A DNA stretch of 64,000 nt from Acidimicrobiales bacterium (GTDB taxonomy: Bacteria > Actinomycetota > Acidimicrobiia > Acidimicrobiales > JACDCH01). Shown here one piece after another: positions 55,276-63,830 of this stretch; the stretch's first letter is position 1; each line of letters starts with the position of its first letter. The stretch is from assembly GCA_036493595.1 (NCBI GenBank), contig DASXPN010000008.1:12041-76040 (forward strand), given 5' to 3'. The notes under the pieces were generated by a model. It worked only from the letters and a program-made list of their open reading frames with translations, made no database searches and was not told where the DNA came from. Both the position numbers and the translations under genes were made by a program.

Positions 55276-55291
55276 CGTCTCTGTTCGATCG

Positions 55292-56275
55292 TCATTGCTC
55301 GCGCTCGACGAGCATTGCGTCACCGAAGGACAAGAACCGGTAGCCGGACGCGAGCGCTGTCGCGTAGAGGTCGCGCCATCGGGATCCGATGAACGCGTCG
55401 ATCAACGCCAGCAGGGTCGTGCGCGGCACGTGGAAGTTGGTGAGCAGCACGTCCACGATCGCGAATGGGTAGCCGCGCGTGATGAACAGATCCGTGCGTC
55501 CCTCCATCGCGCCTGTCGCCGCGGCGGCCTCCAGTGCGCGCACGACGGTCGTGCCGACGGCGACCACGCGATCTGCGCGCTCGCACGCGGCCAGGGTCGC
55601 GTCGGGCACTGTGTACGCCTCGGTGTGCATCGGATGGCTCTCGACGGTGGGCTCGGTGATCGGACGAAACGTGTCGAGGCCGATGGCGAGCTCGACCATC
55701 GCGACATCGATGCCGGCTGCTCGGCAGCGGTCGAGCACCTCGGCGGTCAGATGCAGCCCCGCCGTCGGCGCTGCCGCGGAGGTCGGCCGCCGGGCGTACA
55801 CCGTCTGGTACCGCTCGGGATCGGCGAGCCGGGTGTGGATGTACGGCGGCAGCGGCGCTTCCCCGGCGGCGTCGAGGTTGCCGTCGACGCTCACCAGCCA
55901 GCGACCGTCGCCCAGTGGCTCGCCCACGACGACCTCGACCGAGCCGTCCGCGGAGCTGAGGCGGATGCCGGAGTGAACCCGCCGGCTCGGGCGCACCAGT
56001 GCCTCCCATCCGTCTCCGCTGGGCTCGAGCAGCAACAGCTCGACTTCGCCACCCGTCTCCTTGCACAACCGCAGTCGGGCCGCCCGCACTCGGGTGTCGT
56101 TGACGACGAGGAGGTCACCGGCGCGAAGCAGGTCGGGTAGATCCGCGACGACCCGGTGAGCGGGAGCGATATCGGGCCCCCGATCCACGAGCAGCCGGGC
56201 CGAGTCGCGTGGCTCGACGGGGGTTTGCGCGATTGCGTCCGCCGGGAGCGGATAGTCGAGCTCGGAGGTGTCCAT
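55292..56275 (-). CDS. queA: tRNA preQ1(34) S-adenosylmethionine ribosyltransferase-isomerase
   Basis: Track ORF 55292..56566(-), trimmed to ATG 56275 (MDTSELDYPLPADAIAQTPVEPRDSARLLV...PLPPYI...AAPTAGLH...TNFHVPRTTLL). Confidence 0.9.
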   Translation of the reverse strand: MDTSELDYPLPADAIAQTPVEPRDSARLLVDRGPDIAPAHRVVADLPDLLRAGDLLVVNDTRVRAARLRLCKETGGEVELLLLEPSGDGWEALVRPSRRVHSGIRLSSADGSVEVVVGEPLGDGRWLVSVDGNLDAAGEAPLPPYIHTRLADPERYQTVYARRPTSAAAPTAGLHLTAEVLDRCRAAGIDVAMVELAIGLDTFRPITEPTVESHPMHTEAYTVPDATLAACERADRVVAVGTTVVRALEAAAATGAMEGRTDLFITRGYPFAIVDVLLTNFHVPRTTLLALIDAFIGSRWRDLYATALASGYRFLSFGDAMLVEREQ

Positions 56276-56397
56276 TTTCGGTCGGACCGCGCCGACGGCG
56301 GCCGCGCCGGACGGGTCGCAGGATTCCCGCTGGCGGAGGACGAACTCTACGACCGCCAGCGCGTACAGGCGCGCAGAACGAACTGGGGGCGAAGGCT

Positions 56398-57507
56398 GTG
56401 GCCGTTCGGGCCGAGCAGTTACCTCAAAATGGGAGCGTCGACCTCGATCGCGACCGCGCGTTGGTGCTGCGCCACCAAGCCGGAGATCAGTACGCCTTCG
56501 ACGAGCTGTACCGGCGCTACTTCCCGCGCCTGCACCTCTACTGCCGCCGCCGTGTCGGCGACTCACACGTCGCCGAGGAACTCGCGCAAGAAGCGTTCCT
56601 CCGGGCGTTGCGAGCGATGCCGGAATTCGCCGGTGACCGCCGCTTCTATCCGTGGATGACGGTCATCGCGCAACGGCTGTGCATCGATCATCAACGCCGC
56701 GCCGCACGGGTCGAGCCCGCGGCCGACATCGAGTGCGGATCGATCGAGGACGAACACGAGCATCTCTATGCCGCAGTCGATCACGACTACTTGCACCAAG
56801 CGATGGACCGCCTCGCGCCCCGCCATCGCGAGGTGCTCGAGCTTCGCGAGCAGCGGGGTTGGAGTTACAACCACATCGCCGCCCATCTCGAGGTACCCAT
56901 CACCACGGTCGAGGCGTTGTTGCATCGCGCCCGCAAGGCGCTTCGGCGCGAGTTCATGGACGTGTCATCCGGTGGCCGGCTCGCGGGCGTGCCCATCATC
57001 GGCTGGTTGGTGGCGCGTCTCGCTCGCCTCCCGCGACCTTCGACCCGCGTGCAGCCCTCGACCGGCGCAACGCTGGCGCCACTCGTCGGACCGGCCGCCG
57101 CCTGCTTGATGGCCGTCGGCGTCGTGATCGCGCCGGCCATCGTCGGCGGATCGTCATCGGCCAGTCCGACGACGATCACAACCGCCACTGCATCGTCCGC
57201 GGTGTCGAGCGGTGCGGCCGTCACCGTCATTCCTGCACCGAGCGCGACCGCTCCGACGTCGACGTCGACGTCCTCGAACGGGTCTCGTGTGCCCGCGTCG
57301 CCCCGATCGGACGCGGTCCCCCCGCCGCCGGCCGCGAATGCGGGCGTGGCGCAGGTCTACGCCGGCGAGAACGGCACGACGTGGGCACAGCAGCAAGCCG
57401 CCGCCCAACCCGTGCAACTCGATGCCGGACCACTCGTACAAGCCGGGGTCGATCCCGCCCAGATCGTCTCCGACGTCACCGCCACCGTCCTTGGAGGATC
57501 ACCGTGA
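56398..57507 (+). CDS. ECF-type sigma-70 family factor fused to a transmembrane helix and an extracytoplasmic Ser/Thr/Ala/Pro-rich tail
   Basis: Track ORF 56209..57507(+), with start taken at GTG 56398. Region 2: AGDQYAFDELYRRYFPRLHLYC...EELAQEAFLRA. Region 4: REVLELREQRGWSYNHIAAHLEVPITTVEALLHRARKALR. A TM helix follows (LAPLVGPAAACLMAVGVVIAPAIVGG), then about 150 aa of tail. Confidence 0.75.
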   Translation: MAVRAEQLPQNGSVDLDRDRALVLRHQAGDQYAFDELYRRYFPRLHLYCRRRVGDSHVAEELAQEAFLRALRAMPEFAGDRRFYPWMTVIAQRLCIDHQRRAARVEPAADIECGSIEDEHEHLYAAVDHDYLHQAMDRLAPRHREVLELREQRGWSYNHIAAHLEVPITTVEALLHRARKALRREFMDVSSGGRLAGVPIIGWLVARLARLPRPSTRVQPSTGATLAPLVGPAAACLMAVGVVIAPAIVGGSSSASPTTITTATASSAVSSGAAVTVIPAPSATAPTSTSTSSNGSRVPASPRSDAVPPPPAANAGVAQVYAGENGTTWAQQQAAAQPVQLDAGPLVQAGVDPAQIVSDVTATVLGGSP

Positions 57508-57704
57508 AGCTCCGCCATCGCATCGCTGCACTCGGGATGATGCTCGCGCTCGCCGTCGGCATCGGCGCCTCGACCCAAGCGGGCGCGTCGACGCCCGCAC
57601 CGCGGTCGGCACCTGTCACCGCGCCTCGGTCGACGGGTCCGGCCACCAACGGCTGCGTCGTGTCCCCCGTACTCGAACTGGCGGTCTGCATCCCCCGCCT
57701 CTGA
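57504..57704 (+). CDS. 66-aa secreted small protein (signal peptide plus a roughly 38-aa mature part with two Cys)
   Basis: In the track it is hidden inside the 56652..57704(+) ORF. GTG 57504 forms a GTGA overlap with the sigma stop, with GGAGG 6 nt upstream. Translation: VKLRHRIAALGMMLALAVGIGASTQAGA|STPAPRSAPVTAPRSTGPATNGCVVSPVLELAVCIPRL. Confidence 0.6.
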   Translation: MKLRHRIAALGMMLALAVGIGASTQAGASTPAPRSAPVTAPRSTGPATNGCVVSPVLELAVCIPRL

Positions 57705-57708
57705 CGCG

Positions 57709-58743
57709 TCAGCCGAAGAGGCCCGGCGCACGTGCGCCGGCGTCGGGGGGTGGCGTCAGCCCGAGGTGATGCCACGCCGCCGGCGTCGCCACCCGTCCGC
57801 GATGGGTGCGCATCAGCAGGCCTTGTTGGATGAGGAAGGGCTCGTACACGTCTTCGACGGTCTCGTCCGGCTCACCGACCGAGATGGCGAGCGTCTTCAG
57901 ACCGACCGGTCCGCCACCGAAGCGCGAGCACAACGCGTCGAGCACGGCGCGGTCGACCTTGTCGAGGCCGCGCTCGTCGACCCCGAACACGGTGAGGCCG
58001 GCGCGCGCCGTGGCACCATCGACGACACCGCCGCCGCGCACTTCGGCGAAGTCCCGGCTCCGCCGCAGGAGCCGGTTGGCGATGCGGGGCGTGCCACGAG
58101 CACGGCGGGCGATCTCGTTGGCACCGTGCTCGTCGGCGTGCACGCCGAGAATGCCCGCGGCCCGCACGACGATGGTCTGGAGATCGTCGACGTCGTAGTA
58201 GTCGAGTCGGGCGACCAGCCCGAAGCGGTCTCTCAGCGGGCCGGTGATGAGGCCGGTTCGCGTCGTCGCACCGACCAGCGTGAAGCGGGGCAGGTCGAGG
58301 CGGATCGATCGTGCTGCGGGGCCCTTGCCGAGCACGATGTCGAGCTGGAAATCCTCCATGGCGGGGTACAGGACCTCTTCGACGGCGCGAGCCAGGCGAT
58401 GGATCTCGTCGATGAAGAGCACGTCGCCCTCGTCGAGGTTCGTGAGCACGGCGGCGAGGTCGCCGGCCCGCTCGATGGCAGGACCCGACGTGATGTGCAG
58501 GCGCACGCCCAACTCGCCCGCGACGATGTGCGCGAGCGTCGTCTTGCCGAGCCCGGGCGGCCCCGCGAACAGCAGGTGGTCCGAGGCCTGGCCTCGGGCG
58601 CGAGCGGCCTCGAGGATGATCGCCAGGTGCTCCTTGAGCTCTGCCTGCCCGACGAAGTCGTCGAGCCGGCGGGGGCGCAGGCCGCCTTCGTCCGCGACGT
58701 CGTCGCCCTCGACGGGCTCGGGACTCAGCAGTTCCTCACGCAT
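57709..58743 (-). CDS. ruvB: Holliday junction branch migration helicase RuvB
   Basis: 344 aa. Contains [23 protein letters not shown] and LFIDEIHRL. Confidence 0.96.
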   Translation of the reverse strand: MREELLSPEPVEGDDVADEGGLRPRRLDDFVGQAELKEHLAIILEAARARGQASDHLLFAGPPGLGKTTLAHIVAGELGVRLHITSGPAIERAGDLAAVLTNLDEGDVLFIDEIHRLARAVEEVLYPAMEDFQLDIVLGKGPAARSIRLDLPRFTLVGATTRTGLITGPLRDRFGLVARLDYYDVDDLQTIVVRAAGILGVHADEHGANEIARRARGTPRIANRLLRRSRDFAEVRGGGVVDGATARAGLTVFGVDERGLDKVDRAVLDALCSRFGGGPVGLKTLAISVGEPDETVEDVYEPFLIQQGLLMRTHRGRVATPAAWHHLGLTPPPDAGARAPGLFG

Positions 58744-58746
58744 CGG

Positions 58747-59367
58747 CTACCGCCGCACCAGCGCCAGCCGTTGCAGCGCGTGCTTGAGCAGCAGCGCGGC
58801 GTCGCCGTCGTCGGGTAGGTCAGCCAGCGCGTCGCGAACCTCGTCCGGGGCGTAGCCGAGGCCGGCAAGCGCTTCGCGCACGTCGGCTCGGGCCGAGCGC
58901 GCCATCGACGTCGCATCGCTGCCTTCGCCTGACACGATCGCGACCGCGGTCAGGTCGACTTCCGCGACGGTCAGCCGCGACTTCAACTCGACGAGTAGCC
59001 GCGCCGCGGTCTTCTTGCCGACCCCGGGCACGAGGCACAGCGACGCAATGTCGTCGTCCATCAGCGTTCGATGCAAGGACTCGGGACTGTGCACCGACAA
59101 GATGGCCAGCGCGAGCGCAGGACCCACGCCGTGTGCGCCGAGCAACGCTTCGAAGCAGCGACGCTCCCCCACGGCCGCGAACCCGTACAGCGTCTGCGCA
59201 TCTTCGCGGACGTGATGGTGGACGTACACGAGGACCTCGTCGCCGATGTCACCGAGCGCGACGACTGTCGCGGGCGCAACCGTGACGCGATAGCCGAGGC
59301 CGTTGACCTCGACCAGCACCTCGGTCTCGGCTCGATCGAGCAACCGTCCCCGCAGCGAGCCGATCAT
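58747..59367 (-). CDS. ruvA: Holliday junction DNA-binding protein RuvA
   Basis: Track ORF 58747..59520(-), trimmed to ATG 59367, forming an ATGA overlap with the ruvC stop. Starts MIGSLRGRLLDRAETEVLVEVNGLGYRV and has the HhH motif VPGVGKKTAARL. Confidence 0.92.
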   Translation of the reverse strand: MIGSLRGRLLDRAETEVLVEVNGLGYRVTVAPATVVALGDIGDEVLVYVHHHVREDAQTLYGFAAVGERRCFEALLGAHGVGPALALAILSVHSPESLHRTLMDDDIASLCLVPGVGKKTAARLLVELKSRLTVAEVDLTAVAIVSGEGSDATSMARSARADVREALAGLGYAPDEVRDALADLPDDGDAALLLKHALQRLALVRR

Positions 59368-59861
59368 CGGGCAGCCACCCGGCGCCGCGTCGGTTCGTGC
59401 GCGAGATGGCAGAGCGCGAGCGCGACCGCATCCGCGGCATCGACCGGGCGCAACGGCTGGTCGATGCCGAGCAGTCGTTGCACCATGCGTTCGACCTCGT
59501 CCTTTCCCGCGCCACCCCACCCCGCGACGGCTTGCTTGACCTCGTTCGGACCGTACTGCGCGACCTCACAGCCGCGGTTGACCGCCTCTGCCATGACGAC
59601 GCCGCTCGCCTGGCCCACGGACATCGCCGTGCGCACGTTGTTCTGGAAGAAGACGCGCTCGACCGCGACCACGGCGGGTTTCGCTTGCTCGAGCAACGCT
59701 CGTATCTCGCGTTGGAGCTCGGCCAGGCGCTCGGGCAACGGTGCTGACGCGGGCGTGGTGATGACGCCGGCGGACACCGCGCGCGCTCGACCGCCGGGCG
59801 CCGACTCGAGCACGCCGTAGCCGCAGCGCGACAACCCCGGGTCGATGCCCAGCACGAACAC
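59364..59861 (-). CDS. ruvC: crossover junction endodeoxyribonuclease RuvC
   Basis: Track ORF 59364..60242(-), trimmed to GTG 59861 (VFVLGIDPGLSRCGYGVL...ERVFFQNNVRTAMSVGQA...DAADAVALALCH). Confidence 0.88.
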   Translation of the reverse strand: MFVLGIDPGLSRCGYGVLESAPGGRARAVSAGVITTPASAPLPERLAELQREIRALLEQAKPAVVAVERVFFQNNVRTAMSVGQASGVVMAEAVNRGCEVAQYGPNEVKQAVAGWGGAGKDEVERMVQRLLGIDQPLRPVDAADAVALALCHLAHEPTRRRVAAR

Positions 59862-59868
59862 GCGTACG
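59855..59868. promoter_or_regulatory. possible LexA (SOS/Cheo-type) box overlapping the ruvC start
   Basis: CGAAC-ACGC-GTACG versus the Gram-positive/actinobacterial consensus CGAAC-N4-GTTCG, with one mismatch. ruvCAB is SOS-regulated in mycobacteria. Confidence 0.3.
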
Positions 59869-59985
59869 ACCGTAGCCGTTGCTCGCAGAGCGGGCGCGGA
59901 CCCTGCCGCTACAGCCGCAACCGCTCCGGCCGATAGTGACACGGTGACGATCACGGTGGATGCCACGCGCCCCGACCCGGTGAAG

Positions 59986-61035
59986 ATGCCGTCAGCGGCG
60001 ATCGAGCTACGACGCGTGAGCCGCTCCTTCGGGGAGAACCCGGCCCTGCACGATCTCGATCTGGAGGCGCCGGCGGCGAGGATCACGGTGCTGCTCGGGC
60101 CCAACGGGGCGGGCAAGACGACCGCCATCCGCACGATCACCGGCGCGCTCGAACCCCATGCCGGCACCGTGCGCGTCTTCGGCCTCGACCCGAGCGTCGA
60201 CGGTGACGAGGTGCGCCGTCGGTGCGGGGTGGTGTCCGCCAAGCCCTCCCTCTACGACCTCCTCACCGGCTACGACAACCTGGCTTACGCGGCGGAGTTG
60301 TACGGCCTCGGCCGTGGGAGCGCGGTCGAAGCCGTCATCCGCTCGTCGGCGGCTCGGTTCGGGATCGAGCACGCGCTCGACCAGAAAGCCGGTGGCTATT
60401 CGACCGGGATGAAGACGCGCCTCGCGCTGGCGCGGTCGGTGCTGCATGGCCCCGAGTTGTTGTTGTTCGACGAGCCGACGTCCGGCCTCGATCCCGAGTC
60501 GTCACTCGCAGTGCTCGAGATGATCCGCGAGATGACCGCGACCGGGGCGACAGTCGTCATGTGCACGCACCTGTTGCTCGAAGCCGAAGGTCTCGCGGAC
60601 CAGGTCGTCGTGCTCGAGGACGGGCACGCGCTCGTGGCGGGCACGCCCGGCGAGCTGACCGCTCGTTACTGGCCCGGCGCGGTCGTGCGGCTCGACGCCG
60701 AACAGCCGGCGCTGCTCGACCGCCTGGCGAGTCAACCGGGCGTTCTCACCTACGAGCGGGTCGACGGGTCGGCCGCGACCGTGCAACTCGACGACATGTC
60801 GCGCGTTCCCGATCTCGTGCACGTACTCGCGCTCGACGGCGTTCGTGTGACTCGTGTCGAGCCGCACACACCGACGCTCGAGGATCTCTACTTCGCCGTA
60901 CGGGGGCGTAGCCGTCCCGAACCGGGGTCCGTGCCGCGGGACAGCACACCGATCAATAGCGGCCGCCTCCAGAGCGGCAACCGCGTCGGCCGTCGCTTCA
61001 GAGATCCGTTCTCGGCCTCACCGGAGGGACGATGA
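59986..61035 (+). CDS. ABC transporter ATP-binding protein (ABC-2/DrrA-like with C-terminal extension)
   Basis: Track ORF 59845..61035(+), with start taken at ATG 59986 (MPSAAIELRRVSRSFG...). Walker A GPNGAGKTT, signature YSTGMKTRL, Walker B LLLFDEPTSGLD. Confidence 0.85.
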   Translation: MPSAAIELRRVSRSFGENPALHDLDLEAPAARITVLLGPNGAGKTTAIRTITGALEPHAGTVRVFGLDPSVDGDEVRRRCGVVSAKPSLYDLLTGYDNLAYAAELYGLGRGSAVEAVIRSSAARFGIEHALDQKAGGYSTGMKTRLALARSVLHGPELLLFDEPTSGLDPESSLAVLEMIREMTATGATVVMCTHLLLEAEGLADQVVVLEDGHALVAGTPGELTARYWPGAVVRLDAEQPALLDRLASQPGVLTYERVDGSAATVQLDDMSRVPDLVHVLALDGVRVTRVEPHTPTLEDLYFAVRGRSRPEPGSVPRDSTPINSGRLQSGNRVGRRFRDPFSASPEGR

Positions 61036-61898
61036 CCAGCATCGCGATACCCGGACGCGAGCGCCGCCGGCCGATCAACTGGCGGGCGGTCCGCACGGTG
61101 GCACGTACCGATCTTCGCCAGCTCATCCAGGCGCGTGACTTCTGGGTGCCGATGATCGCGCTCGGCGCCATCTTCTTCTTCGTCATCCCGACGATCCTGT
61201 TGCTCGTCATCACGCGCGTGAGCGACGTGCACATCGTCCAGCAGCTGTCGACGACACTCGAGGTGCTGCCGCAGCAGGCGCAGAAGGCGATCCGCGGTGA
61301 CACCGGCCAAGCGCGGGCCGCGTACGCGATGGCCGTGTTCCTGTTCGCCCCCGTCGCGGTCGTCGTACCGCTGACGATCTCAACCGCGGTCGGCGCGGCA
61401 ACGATCGTCGGTGAGCGCGAGCGCGGCACCGGCGAGTTCCTCGCCCACTCGCCTGCCGGCGTTCGTGAGATCTACCTCGGCAAGCTCGTCGCCAGCCTGG
61501 CCCCCGGTTACGTCACGACGATCACGGGCTTCGGCCTCTACGCCTTGATCGTGAACCTCATCGTCGGACCGCAGGTCGGCGGATGGTTCTTCCCCACGCC
61601 GCAGTGGTGGATCCTGATGCTCTGGGTGGTGCCGCCGTTCCTCGCACTCACACTGTCACTCGTCCTGCGGCTGTCGGCGCGGGTGAAGTCGACGGCGGCC
61701 GCACAGCAGGCCTCGGGACTCGTCAGCCTGCCGCTCATCATGGTCGCCTACAGCCAGTCGACCGGTGCGCTGTTCGGGGCCGGGAGCGTCTCGTGGATCA
61801 TCGGCGCCGTCGCATGGGTCGCGGCCTTCATCGGACTGCACCGCGGCATGCGGGCGGTCACACGCGCGCGCCTGCTCGGCGTGGCCGACGAGCGCTGA
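61032..61898 (+). CDS. ABC-2 type transporter permease
   Basis: 288 aa with about six hydrophobic helices. ATGA overlap with the ATPase stop. Confidence 0.75.
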   Translation: MTSIAIPGRERRRPINWRAVRTVARTDLRQLIQARDFWVPMIALGAIFFFVIPTILLLVITRVSDVHIVQQLSTTLEVLPQQAQKAIRGDTGQARAAYAMAVFLFAPVAVVVPLTISTAVGAATIVGERERGTGEFLAHSPAGVREIYLGKLVASLAPGYVTTITGFGLYALIVNLIVGPQVGGWFFPTPQWWILMLWVVPPFLALTLSLVLRLSARVKSTAAAQQASGLVSLPLIMVAYSQSTGALFGAGSVSWIIGAVAWVAAFIGLHRGMRAVTRARLLGVADER

Positions 61899-61923
61899 CG
61901 CGCTCGCGCAGCTTCACCCAGCT

Positions 61924-62400
61924 TCACTCCGCGGCCAGCGCGGCATTGAGCCGCTCGAGCAGCCGCCCGAGCGTGGCGCGGTCCTTCGCGCTCCAGCCCG
62001 CGAGGCCGTGCGCCACGCGTGAGGCGCGCAGCTTGCGGGCGGCGTTGAGCTGCTTGCGTCCGCGGGACGTGACCCGCAACTGCGCGGCTCGAACGCCATC
62101 CGCACCCGCGACCCGCTCGACGAGCTGGTCACGCTCCAGCGCACCGACCTGGCGATTGACCGTCGATTGGTCGAGTTGCAGCGTGGCGCCGAGCGAGCCG
62201 AGGGTGGGTGCCGGGTCGGTGTCGATGTGATCGAGCAGCAGGTAGGCGGACCGATCCAGTGTCGTCCCGTCCGGCAAGGTCATCACCCGCCTGAGCTTGT
62301 CGACCCTGCGGGCCAGCATGGCCAGCTCCCGCTCGATCATCCGTGACAGGTCGACGTCATCGCTTGGCCCCATCTTTACAAGCCTATATGTATGGTGCAT
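61924..62400 (-). CDS. MarR family transcriptional regulator
   Basis: 158 aa. The wHTH region is LGSLGATLQLDQSTVNRQVGALERDQLVERV...LRVTSRGRKQL. An alternative start is ATG 62373. Confidence 0.8.
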   Translation of the reverse strand: MHHTYRLVKMGPSDDVDLSRMIERELAMLARRVDKLRRVMTLPDGTTLDRSAYLLLDHIDTDPAPTLGSLGATLQLDQSTVNRQVGALERDQLVERVAGADGVRAAQLRVTSRGRKQLNAARKLRASRVAHGLAGWSAKDRATLGRLLERLNAALAAE

Positions 62401-62443
62401 ACATCCGGCTCGGATGAAGTCGTCCCCCTCGCCCCGGACGGGG

Positions 62444-62491
62444 TTTTGTCCCGTTGGCGTACGCAGTGATGTGCACGCCGACGGGACAAAA
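62444..62491. repeat. 17-bp inverted repeat with a 14-nt spacer
   Basis: TTTTGTCCCGTTGGCGT (62444..62460) / ACGCCGACGGGACAAAA (62475..62491), with one T-G pair. Lies between the yebC stop and the MarR start. Confidence 0.85.
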
Positions 62492-62508
62492 TGGTGGGGA
62501 AAGACCGT

Positions 62509-63258
62509 TCAGGCCAAGGTGCTGGCGAGGATCTCGTCGGGGATGTCGAAGTTGGCGTGCACGTTCTGCACGTCGTCGTGCTCGTCGAGCGCGTCGATCA
62601 GGCGCAGGACCTTCTTCGCGCCCTCCGGGTCGGTCAGCTCGATCGTCGTCTGCGGCACCATCGTGAGGTCGGCCGAGTCGACGGCCATACCCGCGTCCTC
62701 GATGGCCGACCGCACCTTGTGCAGGTCCGTGGGCGAGCTCGTCACGCGCCAAAGCTCGCCGTCGTCGGCGATGTCCTCCGCACCCGCGTCGAGCGCGGCG
62801 AGCATGAGATCGTCCTCCTCGACGTTGCGATCGACGAGCACCTGGCCCTTGCGGTCGAACTGCCACGCCACCGCACCCGGCTCGGCGATCGATCCGCCGT
62901 TCCGGCTGAACAGGCTGCGAACGTCCGAGCCCGTGCGGTTGCGATTGTCGGTGAGCACCTCGACGAGAACGGCGACACCTCCCGGCGCATACCCCTCGTA
63001 CGTGATCTGCTCGTAGGTGACGCCGTCGAGCTCGCCCGTGCCTCGCTTGATGGCGCGCTCGATGGTGTCCATGGGGATCGACGCATCCCGCGCCTTCTGG
63101 AACATCGTGCGCAGCGTCGGGTTCGCATCCGGATCTCCGCCCCCTTCGCGCGCCGCGACCTCGACTTGCCGCAAGACCTTCGCGAACAGCTTGCCGCGCG
63201 CCTTGTCCTTGGCACCCTTCTGGTGCTTGATCGTCGCCCACTTCGAGTGTCCCGACAT
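62509..63258 (-). CDS. yebC: YebC/PmpR family DNA-binding transcriptional regulator
   Basis: Track ORF 62509..63600(-), trimmed to ATG 63258 (MSGHSKWATIKHQKGAKDKARGKLFAK...). Confidence 0.93.
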   Translation of the reverse strand: MSGHSKWATIKHQKGAKDKARGKLFAKVLRQVEVAAREGGGDPDANPTLRTMFQKARDASIPMDTIERAIKRGTGELDGVTYEQITYEGYAPGGVAVLVEVLTDNRNRTGSDVRSLFSRNGGSIAEPGAVAWQFDRKGQVLVDRNVEEDDLMLAALDAGAEDIADDGELWRVTSSPTDLHKVRSAIEDAGMAVDSADLTMVPQTTIELTDPEGAKKVLRLIDALDEHDDVQNVHANFDIPDEILASTLA

Positions 63259-63260
63259 GA

Positions 63261-63830
63261 TCAGACCCCTTCCAGGAACAGACGGTGGATGCGGTCGTCG
63301 TCGGACAGCTCCGGGTGGAACGCCGCCGCGACCAGTCGACCTTGCCGCACGAGCACGGGCTTGCCTTCGAGAGAGGCCAGCACCTCGACACCGTCGCCGG
63401 CGCGCTCCACGACGGGGGCGCGGATGAACACGGCGTGGAACGGCGCGCCGTCGAACTCCGACACGGACAGGTCGGACTCGAAACTGTCGACCTGGCGCCC
63501 GAACCCATTGCGGCGGACGTCGATGTCGAGGACGCCAAAGCTCCGTTGATCGGCGCGCCCATCGAGCACACCGGTGGCAAGCAGGATCATGCCGGCGCAC
63601 GTACCGAGGACCGCCAGCCCGCCGGCGAGTCGCTCGGCCAGCGGGTCGCGCAGGTCGGACGAATCGAGCAGCAGCGACATCGTGGTCGACTCGCCGCCGG
63701 GCATCACCAGCGCGTCGACGCCGTCGAGCTCAGCCGGAGTGCGAACCTCGCGTGCTTCTGCTCCGAGGCCGCGCAGCATCGTGGCGTGAGTCGCGAATGC
63801 ACCCTGGAGCGCCAGGACGCCGATCTTCAC
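63261..63830 (-). CDS. pdxT: pyridoxal 5'-phosphate synthase glutaminase subunit PdxT
   Basis: Track ORF 63261..63986(-), trimmed to GTG 63830 (VKIGVLALQGAF...LVMPGGESTT...GTCAGMILL...AAFHPE). Confidence 0.88.
   Translation of the reverse strand: MKIGVLALQGAFATHATMLRGLGAEAREVRTPAELDGVDALVMPGGESTTMSLLLDSSDLRDPLAERLAGGLAVLGTCAGMILLATGVLDGRADQRSFGVLDIDVRRNGFGRQVDSFESDLSVSEFDGAPFHAVFIRAPVVERAGDGVEVLASLEGKPVLVRQGRLVAAAFHPELSDDDRIHRLFLEGV

Noticed and set aside
62431-62447. The small hairpin CCCC-GGAC-GGGG followed by TTTT as a plus-strand intrinsic terminator.
   Set aside because: No plus-strand gene ends upstream of it, since MarR is on the minus strand, and the T-run is part of the larger inverted repeat.
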